DNA of 64,000 nucleotides from Thermoanaerobaculia bacterium (GTDB lineage Bacteria; Acidobacteriota; Thermoanaerobaculia; Gp7-AA8), in assembly GCA_035525215.1 (NCBI GenBank), contig DATLEY010000053.1, positions 4,598 through 68,597 of the forward strand, written 5' to 3'. Below, one piece after another: positions 1 through 8,457 of the stretch (its first letter is position 1; each line of letters opens with the position of its first letter). Under the pieces are notes generated by a model. The model worked only from the letters and a program-made list of their open reading frames with translations, made no database searches and was not told the origin of the DNA. A program made the translations under genes and the position numbers.

Positions 1-481
1 CCTCTTCTTCGACGAGATCCATATCTCACGGAGTCTGAGGCGGACCCGCCGCACGACGCCGTTGCGCGGCAGCATCGACCAGAGCTTCGAGGGGGTGATC
101 CACGCATGCTCCCTTGCGCCGCGCCCCGGGCAGGAAGGAACCTGGATCTTCCCCGAGGTCGTCGACGCATACATTCGTCTGCATGCGATGGGGCGAGCTC
201 ACAGCGCCGAAGTGTGGGACGGAGAAGAGCTGGCGGGAGGGATCTACGGCGTAGACCTGGGGGGAGCGTTCGGCGGGGAGAGCATGTTCTATCACCGCCC
301 CAACGCTTCGAAGATCGCGATCCTCCACCTCATCGAACATCTCGCTTCGCGCGGACTTCACTGGATGGACATCCAGGTGATGACCCCGCACATGGAGGCG
401 ATGGGAGCGCGGGTGATCTCGCGAAACAGGTTTCTCGATCTTCTGGCCGAGACACAGGCGAAGAAGCTGAACCTTTTCTGA
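1..481 (+). CDS. aat: leucyl/phenylalanyl-tRNA--protein transferase, 5' end cut by window edge
   Basis: The frame is open from nt 2 (LFFDEIHISRSLRRTRR...) and continues into the listed ORF 62-481. Length and pattern (GGIYGV..GGAFGGESMF..ASK) are typical of Aat. Confidence 0.85.
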   Translation, partial: LFFDEIHISRSLRRTRRTTPLRGSIDQSFEGVIHACSLAPRPGQEGTWIFPEVVDAYIRLHAMGRAHSAEVWDGEELAGGIYGVDLGGAFGGESMFYHRPNASKIAILHLIEHLASRGLHWMDIQVMTPHMEAMGARVISRNRFLDLLAETQAKKLNLF

Positions 482-499
482 GAGGATCCAGAAAATGTT

Positions 500-3103
500 C
501 TATGAGTCGCCGCTCCCTTTCTGCAGATACTCCCTGACCGCCGCCCCTTCCCGCGCGCGCAGAGCCACGCATTCCTGCACCTGATCCTCGACCCTCTCGA
601 GCCTGCTGAGCAGGGGCGGGGTGCCGCGCGCCGAATCCGCGAAAAACTCCCGCGCTCGCGTCAATCGCTCCTCTTCGCATCCGCCAGCGAAGGAGGCCAG
701 TCCCGGCAAACCGAGAGGTGGAATTCGTGAGCTCACCGTATCCCAGTTCTCGATCAGCCAGCGGTACGACCTCTCGCGCCCTTTCGCCCCTTCCCGGATT
801 CCGTAGGCGATGCTGAGCAGCTCGTTGGCCCGAAGGGGACCGGTCAGGGAGTATGCGAGTGCCTCCTCGACGATCTCCGGACCTTCGAACGCACTGAGCG
901 CGCGGAGAAACCGCTGGCGGTCGGCAGGGTTGTCCGTGGTCTCGAATCGCCCCTTGAACGTTTCAAAGAGCTCCTCGTCTCCGTCGAGTGCCGCGATCAA
1001 CAACGCAGTGCTGGCCAGCGAGGAATCGACCGAAGACGGATCCTTCATGTACGACGCTGCGAGCTCGCGGCCCCATTGTCGGATCTGAGGATCGTTCCCA
1101 TCCGTGGCGAGAATTCCGACGAGCTGCGCGCGAATCGGAGCAATGGCCGGCTCTTCGCCCGGCCGCGCGCTGATTCCGATCCGATCCAGCGCCGGGCGCA
1201 GCGTCCGCCGCACCCAGACGGCGAACGCAGGCTCCAGATCCTCGGTCACGAACGCACTCTCGATCCCGGCGATCTCGGAGACGACGGTTCCGAGAACGAG
1301 AGGCTCCGCGTCGAGAGCGAACTGCTCCAGCGTGCGAAGAAAATCATCCCCCTCGATGACGTCCCCGTCCAGCAGCGCGGCCATGTTCCCGACGAAGGTG
1401 ATCCGCTCCCGTACCGTCAGTGTGCCCTGCGCTCTCTCGGCGAGACTCAGAATTCGATCCGGAGGGAGAGTCCAGCGGTAGTAACCGGTGCCGTCGGCAT
1501 TCGGATAGATCCAGTCGAGCGGAGCGCCGGCCAGCTTCACTCTCTGTTCCCGGCCGGTGAGCAGGACGGTCTTCTCCCCTTCTCTCCCCTCGGAGGCAAA
1601 GCGAATGGCCACGGGAACTTTCCAGAGAGAGTCGGACCCGGGATTACCGGGAAGCGTGAATCGGCTCTGCCGCAGAAGAATCTCACCTTCCGCGACCGGC
1701 GTCACCTCGATCAGCGGAAAGCCCGGCTGCTCGAGAAAGGTCGCCATCGCTTCGGGAAGATCTTTTCTTCCGGTGGCAGCCAGAGCGTTCCAGAGATCAT
1801 TCGAGGTCGCGTTTTTCCAGGCGTTGTCCCGGAGATAGGCGCGCACGCCTTTCTGAAACTCGAACTCTCCGACCCAGCGCTCGAACATCCCGAGCACGGC
1901 CTTCCCCTTGTTGTACGCGAGCCCCACTCGATTCAACACGCTCTCGGGCGCGACGGTCTCGGCGAGGATCGGCTCCGCGGATGGTCGGGCATCGCCGGCC
2001 ATGATGTTCTGAATCGAACCGAGCTCGGAGATGCCAACCTGGTGCTCGGGATGGACGTCCGCGGCGATCTTGTCTCCCAGCCAGTCGGCGAACGATTCGT
2101 TGAGCCAGAGGTCGTCCCACCACTGCATGGTGACGAGATTGCCGAACCATTGGTGGGCGATCTCATGAGAGATGACGTTGCTGAGGGTGCGGCGTTGCCC
2201 GAGCGTGGCCCGCGCTTCATCGAGAAGAAGGATCCGGTCAGCGAAAGTGATCAGACCCGGATGCTCCATCGCTCCCGGCCAGTACTCCGGCACCGCGAGA
2301 AAATCGAGCTTCTCGTAGGGATAGGGCATTCCGAACCATCGCTCGTGCGCCGCGAGCAGTGGAGGAATTTCCCGTGCCGCCAGCCCCGCGAGATTGGCTC
2401 GTCCCCTGACCGCGTAGATGTTGCCGGGAACACCCATCCCTTCGATGGGAACGCGATCGAATTCTCCGACGGCGAGCGCCAGGAGATACGTTGGCAGCGG
2501 TTTGGTCTTCGCGTACCGAACCCGCCTCCAGCCGTCGCGGATCTCGCTCGCTTCCTCCGGCGTATTGGTGATCACGGTCAGCCCTTCCGGCGCTTCGATC
2601 GTCATCTGAAACGGAATCTTGAATTCCGGCTCGTCCCACGACGGAAAGGCCTTTCTCGCGTCGACCGCTTCGAACTGCGTGAAGAGGTAATCCGCCGACG
2701 ACATCTTGTAGAGGCCGACAGCGCGCTTGTCGTACTCGTTGGCGAAGTCGATCTGGAGGGTCGCGGTTCCGGGAGCGAGCGGCTCCGCAGCGATCACCTC
2801 GAGGATGGCTCTCTCGCGCTCTTCGAAAGTCACCGGAATCCCGGTTCCTCCGCGGGTCAGCGTGAGCGCCCGGATGTCCATCTCTTCTGCGTGAAGGCGG
2901 AACGAGCCGACCGTCTCGCTGATGGCGAGCTCGATGCTCGTGGAGCCGGTGTATGACTCGGCGGAAGGGTCGAGCCGCAGCGTGATCTCCTGCATCGTCG
3001 GGGAGACGCGAGGATCGAGCCGCCAGTTGGGGAGAGCGCTGGCCTGTCCGATTCCAGCGACCAGGATCGAGGAAGCAGTGAAAAGGATCAAACGGGCTCG
3101 CAT
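500..3103 (-). CDS. pepN: M1 family aminopeptidase N, secreted
   Basis: GAMEHPG exopeptidase motif and HEIAHQWFGNLVT...NESFA zinc site. N-terminal signal peptide (ILFTASSILVAGIGQASA). The listed start is TTG-ATG, and the ATG at 3103 sits 6 nt after GGAGG. Confidence 0.9.
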   Translation of the reverse strand: MRARLILFTASSILVAGIGQASALPNWRLDPRVSPTMQEITLRLDPSAESYTGSTSIELAISETVGSFRLHAEEMDIRALTLTRGGTGIPVTFEERERAILEVIAAEPLAPGTATLQIDFANEYDKRAVGLYKMSSADYLFTQFEAVDARKAFPSWDEPEFKIPFQMTIEAPEGLTVITNTPEEASEIRDGWRRVRYAKTKPLPTYLLALAVGEFDRVPIEGMGVPGNIYAVRGRANLAGLAAREIPPLLAAHERWFGMPYPYEKLDFLAVPEYWPGAMEHPGLITFADRILLLDEARATLGQRRTLSNVISHEIAHQWFGNLVTMQWWDDLWLNESFADWLGDKIAADVHPEHQVGISELGSIQNIMAGDARPSAEPILAETVAPESVLNRVGLAYNKGKAVLGMFERWVGEFEFQKGVRAYLRDNAWKNATSNDLWNALAATGRKDLPEAMATFLEQPGFPLIEVTPVAEGEILLRQSRFTLPGNPGSDSLWKVPVAIRFASEGREGEKTVLLTGREQRVKLAGAPLDWIYPNADGTGYYRWTLPPDRILSLAERAQGTLTVRERITFVGNMAALLDGDVIEGDDFLRTLEQFALDAEPLVLGTVVSEIAGIESAFVTEDLEPAFAVWVRRTLRPALDRIGISARPGEEPAIAPIRAQLVGILATDGNDPQIRQWGRELAASYMKDPSSVDSSLASTALLIAALDGDEELFETFKGRFETTDNPADRQRFLRALSAFEGPEIVEEALAYSLTGPLRANELLSIAYGIREGAKGRERSYRWLIENWDTVSSRIPPLGLPGLASFAGGCEEERLTRAREFFADSARGTPPLLSRLERVEDQVQECVALRAREGAAVREYLQKGSGDS

Positions 3104-3207
3104 CAAACTCCTCCAGCTCTCAGATCACGAGCGGCGACGTAGATCTCGAAGAAGTCGTCGCTCACCTCGGAGAATCGTGGGCATGGTAAGGGAAAAGGGC
3201 GAAAACC

Positions 3208-3591
3208 GAATGCAGAATGCGGAGACGAGGAGTCGATGACGGCGGCACGCCGCGCGCGCAGCGACGTCATCCTGAGCGTGAGCGAAGGATCTGGGGGGCT
3301 GGGACGCGCGTAACGCGGAAGCAATGCAGGGGGCTGAGGCTTAGGTTCGCTCGACGTTTTTAGGAGAATCCCTTTTCGCTCTCATTGGTGAAAGCGAATA
3401 CCAGACTTCTCGCCCTGCACCGTCACTCGTTACCCGCGTCCCGCCCACCCAGATCCTTCACACCCTCTCAGGATGACGCCGTTCTCTTTCTACATTCGTC
3501 ATTCTGCATTCTGCATTCAGCTTTTGACTCTCGTTCTCTTTCTACATTCGTCATTCTGCATTCTGCATCCTGCATTCTGCTTTTGACTCTC
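3208..3591. repeat. composite intergenic palindromic repeat
   Basis: Outer heptamer arms are gaatgcagaatgc (3208-3220) versus cattctgcattctgcattc (from ~3498). They enclose a ~218-bp inverted repeat (3263-3480, gtcatcctgagcg.gagcgaaggatctgg arms). Two tandem ~52-59-bp units follow (3481-3532, 3533-3591), each ending in cttttgactctc. Confidence 0.8.
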
Positions 3592-3606
3592 GTCCTCTTT
3601 CACCCT

Positions 3607-6540
3607 TCACCCTTCCCTCCCGCTCTCCGGCCCCAGCGTGCCGGTGGCCACACGATTTCTTCCCGCGTGCTTGGCGCGGTAGAGAAGCTCGTCGGCGAGT
3701 GCGACGAGCTGAGAGGGCTCCAGATCGGGGTATGGGCGGACCGACGCCACGCCTGCACTGATCGTGACCACGTCGGCAACGGTCGAGAATTCATGCGGAC
3801 ATGCTTCACGCTCGACACCGGCGCGAATCGCTTCGCCGATCCGCTTCACGTGCGACGGTTCAGCGCCGTAGAGGATGACCGCGAATTCTTCGCCGCCGTA
3901 GCGAGCCACCAGATCTCCGGGCCGGTGGCCCGTGCGCTGAAGCAGGGAAGCGATTTGCCGCAGGCATTCGTCTCCCGGCTGGTGGCCGTAGGCGTCGTTG
4001 TAGGGCTTGAACTGATCGACGTCGATGAGGATGAGCGAGAGCCAGGAGCGGTCGCGAATGGCCCGCCTCCATTCGCGATCGAGAGCCTCGTCGAAGTGCC
4101 GGCGATTCGCCAGTCCGGTCAGCGAATCGACCCGGGTCTGCTCCTCGAGGAGTGCGTTGGCCGCCGCGAGCTCGCTGGTCCGCTGCTCGACGAGTTGGAG
4201 GAGCTCCCGTTCCCGCCGCCGCGTCCTTCGCGCGCGCAACAATACGAAGAGGACGACGGCGCCGATCAGCACCCCCAGGAGCAGCAGCCAGAAACGCCTC
4301 GTCTCCCACTGATGCGGTTCAATGGCGAGCGCAATGGTGCTCCCGGCGTTCCATGGTCCTCCCCGCTGGGCCGCCGCAACTTGAAACTGGTAACGGCCAG
4401 GTGGAAGATTCGTGTACCGGGCGATCCGACTGCTGCCCACCTCGATCCACTCCCGCTCCAGGGGCTCGAGGCGGTAGCGGAAGAGCAGCCGCTCCGGAGC
4501 GGACATCATCAGGCCGGTGTAATGAATCTCGAGGCGCTCGGCTCCCGGGGCGAGGTCGAGGCGGCTGGCCAGCCTCACCGGCTCACCATTGACCACGACT
4601 TCCTCGATTACCGTGCGCGGCGCCACGGTGCTCGATCGAATCTCGTCCGGATCGAGAAGAGCCACCCCCTCGAGAGTCGGAAAGACCAGACGCCCATCCC
4701 GGGTGCGCCAACCGGCCGGCTGGGTCGCGCCGTTGCACTCGGGGCTGCGCATTCCGTCCGATTTTCCGAGTCCCACGGCGGAGACGCGAAGACTCTCCCC
4801 CCGCGCGAACGAGTCGAGCTCATCGCGGGAAGCGGCGAAGATTCCCTTGTTTCCCGACATCCAGAGCCGTCCGTCGTCATCTTCGAGCACCTGATAAACG
4901 ACGTCGTCGACGAGCCCCGCGCGAACGTCGATTGCCGCGAATCGCCCCTCTTCGTAGCGGATCAATCCGCCACCGCCCGAGCCCACCCAGAGAACTCCGC
5001 GATCATCCTCGTGAATGGAGTAGATCTTTGCGGTCGGCAGCCCCGATTCCACGCCGATCCGCGAGACGTTGCCATTCAGAATCCGGATCAGTCCCTCCCC
5101 GTAAGCGACGATCCAGATCGAACCATCACGTGCCTCAATCACGTTGAATACCGCCGCGTCCGTGACACCCTCCGCCGCTCCGAGCCTTTCGATTCTGCCG
5201 TCTTTGAGCCGGGCCAATCCAGCGCGCGTCCCGATCCAGAGCGTGCCCGCGCGGTCGACGTAGAGCGCGCGAATGATCCTGCTCGGCAGACCGTCGGCGG
5301 TCCGGATCACGCGACGCACGCGTCCTCCCGTCATCTCGACCAGACCATCTCTCGTCCCCAGCCAGATGGTTCCAGCGGGATGCTCTGCGATCGCGAGCAC
5401 CACGTCATCGGGAAGTCCATCGTCCATCTGGAACGACCGCGCATCGTTGCCGCGGATGCGGACCGCTCCATTGCCGAACGTGCCGACCCAGAGATCGCCG
5501 CTGCTCGACTCCATCACCGTCCGGGCGATTCCGATCGTTGCCGGCCCCACGTGATTGAGAGACCGGACAGCGGCTCTTCTCATCCTGGACAGTCCGCCGC
5601 CGCCCGTGCCAACCCACAGATTTCCTTCGCGGTCCTCGAAGACCGAGCGGACCGTGTCGATGGGGAGATCACTGTCCGCCGCGCGATAGCTCTCGAACCG
5701 ATCCCCGCTCTTGCGGGTCAGGCCCCCGTAGGTGCCGATCCACAACACCCCCTCACGGTCGACGCGAAGCGCCCGGACGACGTTGCTCGCCAGTCCGTCG
5801 TCGGCGGTGAACGTCGTGAACACGCCGTCCGCAAAGCGTGAAAGGCCATTCTCGGTGCCGATCCAGAGCGCGCCGCTCGGATCGCTGGTCAGCGCGCGGA
5901 TCGGACTGCCCGGCAGCCCTTCGCCGGAATCGAAAAGAGCAACCTCCTCCCCCGCGATGCGGATCAGCTGTCCCGCTTCCGCACCCGCCCAGATCGTTCC
6001 CGCAGCGTCGCGATGAACGGAAAAGATCGGCTCACCCGGAGGAATCAGCGGGGAGGTGAAGGGGTTGATCCTCCCCTCCTCGACCCTGGCGAGCCCTCCC
6101 TGCGTCGCAATCCAGATCGTTCCATCGGATCCCTTGGCGAAGGCCCACACCGAGTCCGAGGGCGAGCCCGGCACCGGCCGGAACGCGCCGTTCTCGAAAA
6201 CGCCGACACCGGCCGACCCCGTCCCGATCCAGACCCGCGACCCTTCGCAGAAGAGCGCTTGAATCAGGTTGTCGCCGAGTACCGGCGTACTGGTCCGGTC
6301 GAAAACCGTGAAGCGGGCCCCATCGAAGCGAGCGAACCCCCCCATCGTCGCGATCCAGAGATATCCATCCTCGCCCTGACCGACCTCTTGAACAGAGCTC
6401 TGAGGCAGCCCGTGGGATTCATCCCACGTCTCGAACGTGAAGGGGGTGACGCCCGAAGGGGGGTCGCCCGCCACCCCCTGCGCAAGCAGGGTGAAGCCGA
6501 TCCACGCCACGATCCAATAAGGCGTACGGCGGTTACACAT
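3607..6540 (-). CDS. sensor diguanylate cyclase: periplasmic two-component-regulator propeller/Y_Y_Y region, TM segment, GGDEF domain
   Basis: The N-terminal ~700 aa are repetitive WIGT/WVGT propeller-type blades. A TM segment (FWLLLLGVLIGAVVLFVLL) and coiled coil follow. The C-terminal GGDEF domain has RYGGEEFAVIL. Confidence 0.85.
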   Translation of the reverse strand: MCNRRTPYWIVAWIGFTLLAQGVAGDPPSGVTPFTFETWDESHGLPQSSVQEVGQGEDGYLWIATMGGFARFDGARFTVFDRTSTPVLGDNLIQALFCEGSRVWIGTGSAGVGVFENGAFRPVPGSPSDSVWAFAKGSDGTIWIATQGGLARVEEGRINPFTSPLIPPGEPIFSVHRDAAGTIWAGAEAGQLIRIAGEEVALFDSGEGLPGSPIRALTSDPSGALWIGTENGLSRFADGVFTTFTADDGLASNVVRALRVDREGVLWIGTYGGLTRKSGDRFESYRAADSDLPIDTVRSVFEDREGNLWVGTGGGGLSRMRRAAVRSLNHVGPATIGIARTVMESSSGDLWVGTFGNGAVRIRGNDARSFQMDDGLPDDVVLAIAEHPAGTIWLGTRDGLVEMTGGRVRRVIRTADGLPSRIIRALYVDRAGTLWIGTRAGLARLKDGRIERLGAAEGVTDAAVFNVIEARDGSIWIVAYGEGLIRILNGNVSRIGVESGLPTAKIYSIHEDDRGVLWVGSGGGGLIRYEEGRFAAIDVRAGLVDDVVYQVLEDDDGRLWMSGNKGIFAASRDELDSFARGESLRVSAVGLGKSDGMRSPECNGATQPAGWRTRDGRLVFPTLEGVALLDPDEIRSSTVAPRTVIEEVVVNGEPVRLASRLDLAPGAERLEIHYTGLMMSAPERLLFRYRLEPLEREWIEVGSSRIARYTNLPPGRYQFQVAAAQRGGPWNAGSTIALAIEPHQWETRRFWLLLLGVLIGAVVLFVLLRARRTRRRERELLQLVEQRTSELAAANALLEEQTRVDSLTGLANRRHFDEALDREWRRAIRDRSWLSLILIDVDQFKPYNDAYGHQPGDECLRQIASLLQRTGHRPGDLVARYGGEEFAVILYGAEPSHVKRIGEAIRAGVEREACPHEFSTVADVVTISAGVASVRPYPDLEPSQLVALADELLYRAKHAGRNRVATGTLGPESGREG

Positions 6541-6640
6541 TGGTGGATGGGACCCCTCTCATTTTCACGATAGTCGAAGCTCGCTCCCGTGCGCAATCAA
6601 AGGACCGACGGTCGTGGCACTCTACGCCGCGGAACGGTGA

Positions 6641-7030
6641 TCATTTCGATCGCAGGGCCCGCAGCTCGGCGAGATACGACTCGCTCAACCCGAGCGATTC
6701 GGCCGCCAGAATGATGTTCTGCAGGTACTCCGGGTCGCTCTCGTTCGCCTCGTTCCGCTCCACACGTCCGGATTCGATGTACACGAGCACGGGCTTCGCT
6801 CCGCTCTCGGTCTCGACGGTGAGCTCCCGCTTCACGTAAAGATCATGGCGGATCTCCTCGAACTCGTCGAGCGCGGTCTCGTCGCTCTCCTGAATCTCCC
6901 AGACGGCACCCTCGACCCGTCCCGCGGACCACGGCTCGATCGATGCGTATCCGCTCTTCGTCAGAATGACGCGCCAGCCCCTGATCCGTCCGGCCCCAAT
7001 GAAGAGCGCCTCGGGAGCTCGAGCCCGCAT
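6641..7030 (-). CDS. gamma-glutamylcyclotransferase (AIG2/GGACT-like) family protein; the true start is probably upstream (see findings)
   Basis: Family-typical layout. The conserved LYFAYGANL motif is encoded in frame immediately upstream of the listed Met (7031-7081). Confidence 0.7.
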   Translation of the reverse strand: MRARAPEALFIGAGRIRGWRVILTKSGYASIEPWSAGRVEGAVWEIQESDETALDEFEEIRHDLYVKRELTVETESGAKPVLVYIESGRVERNEANESDPEYLQNIILAAESLGLSESYLAELRALRSK

Positions 7031-7231
7031 TGCCTCCCGATCGAGGTTCGCTCCGTAGGCGAAGTAGAGACGCGTGATGATTTCCTCCCGCCGATTTCCT
7101 CAGCCCAGCCCCGATTCCGTGAGGTGATTCTGCAACATCGTCGCGGAGCCGGCGACAGGCCGGTGTCCGAAAGCCTTCAGGGAACGATCCCACGCCGGTC
7201 CCGGTTTTCAGCAGAAGAAAGAGGAAAAACG

Positions 7232-7843
7232 ATGACACGAAGCAAATTGAACCGTCTCGTACCGCTGATCATCGCCTGCGCCGCACTGGGCGCCTGGCTG
7301 CTCATGGGACCGAAGCCCCTGGCGTCGGCAGCGGGCGGGTCCGCGGGCCTGAGTCCCAGGATCGACGGAAAGAAAGGATTTTCGATGAAGGACTTCAAGA
7401 AGCCCGCTGACGCGGAGCTCAAGAAAGCGCTCACCCCGATTCAGTATGACGTGACGCAGCATGAGGGGACCGAGCCGCCCTTCCGGAACGAGTACTGGGA
7501 CAACAAGCAGCCCGGCATCTATGTCGATGTGGTCTCGGGGGAGCCGCTCTTCAGCTCTCTCGACAAGTTCGACTCGGGCACGGGCTGGCCGAGTTTCACC
7601 CGACCGCTCGAGCCCGCGAATGTCGAGACGAGATCCGACCGAAAGCTCTGGATGGTGAGGACGGAGGTCCGATCCAAACACGCGGGCTCGCACCTTGGCC
7701 ATGTGTTCGAAGACGGACCGGCGCCTACGGGATTGCGCTACTGCATGAACTCCGCGGCCATGCGTTTCATCCCCGCCGATCAATTGGAAGCGGAAGGCTA
7801 CGTGCAATATCGCGCTCTCTTCGAGGGGGCCGGCAAGAAATGA
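7232..7843 (+). CDS. msrB: peptide-methionine (R)-S-oxide reductase MsrB with N-terminal signal/anchor
   Basis: GTEPPF...GWPSF...RYCMNSAA motifs. Internal ATG at 7232 follows GAGGAAAAAC. The N-terminus ([18 protein letters not shown]) is hydrophobic. Confidence 0.9.
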   Translation: MTRSKLNRLVPLIIACAALGAWLLMGPKPLASAAGGSAGLSPRIDGKKGFSMKDFKKPADAELKKALTPIQYDVTQHEGTEPPFRNEYWDNKQPGIYVDVVSGEPLFSSLDKFDSGTGWPSFTRPLEPANVETRSDRKLWMVRTEVRSKHAGSHLGHVFEDGPAPTGLRYCMNSAAMRFIPADQLEAEGYVQYRALFEGAGKK

Positions 7844-8331
7844 GCGCCACCGAAATCGCAACGCTGGCCGGCGGCTGTTTCTGGGGAGTGGAGGAGCTGT
7901 TCCGCGAGCTCGACGGAGTCCTCGACACGGAAGTGGGATACACCGGCGGCTCGCTCGACTCACCCCGCTACGAGGATGTGAAGACCGGGCGGACCGGCCA
8001 CGCCGAATCGATTCAGATCACGTTCGATCCATCCCGGATCTCCTATCGCGACATCCTTCTCTTTTTCTTCCGGCTGCACGATCCGACCACGGCGAACCGT
8101 CAGGGCAACGACGTCGGCTCCCAGTATCGCTCCGCGATCTTCACCCACGGCGAGGAGCAACGCCGGGTGGCCGCTGAAGTGCGCGCCGAAGTCGATCAGT
8201 CGGGAAAATGGCCGGGCCCCGTGGTCACCGAGATCGTCGCCGCGTCGACGTTTCATCCCGCGGAAAAGTATCACCAGGATTACCTGCAGAAGAATCCCGG
8301 CGGCTATACCTGCCACTGGCTGAGGGATTGA
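7840..8331 (+). CDS. msrA: peptide-methionine (S)-S-oxide reductase MsrA
   Basis: [11 protein letters not shown] active-site motif. ATGA overlap with the msrB stop. Confidence 0.92.
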   Translation: MSATEIATLAGGCFWGVEELFRELDGVLDTEVGYTGGSLDSPRYEDVKTGRTGHAESIQITFDPSRISYRDILLFFFRLHDPTTANRQGNDVGSQYRSAIFTHGEEQRRVAAEVRAEVDQSGKWPGPVVTEIVAASTFHPAEKYHQDYLQKNPGGYTCHWLRD

Positions 8332-8457
8332 CGGTTCTGGGCGCTCGGTCTCGGTTTCACCCGTGAGCCCTTGCAAGATGTTCCCCGGCCAATCCTCAAG
8401 CAGCCGGGGTCTTCTTCGGGCGTTCGTCCGATTCCCTCTATACTGCGTCGTCCTCCA

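Noticed and set aside
1076-5841. Long ORFs antisense to real genes (1076-2956, 3385-5841; likewise 21550-22596, 24748-25842, 26611-27618, 30416-31879, 39984-41210, 48091-49290, 60235-61431)
   Set aside because: They are typical high-GC shadow ORFs: Arg/Gly/Pro-rich low-complexity translations with no motifs. Each is fully overlapped by a gene with strong family motifs on the other strand.
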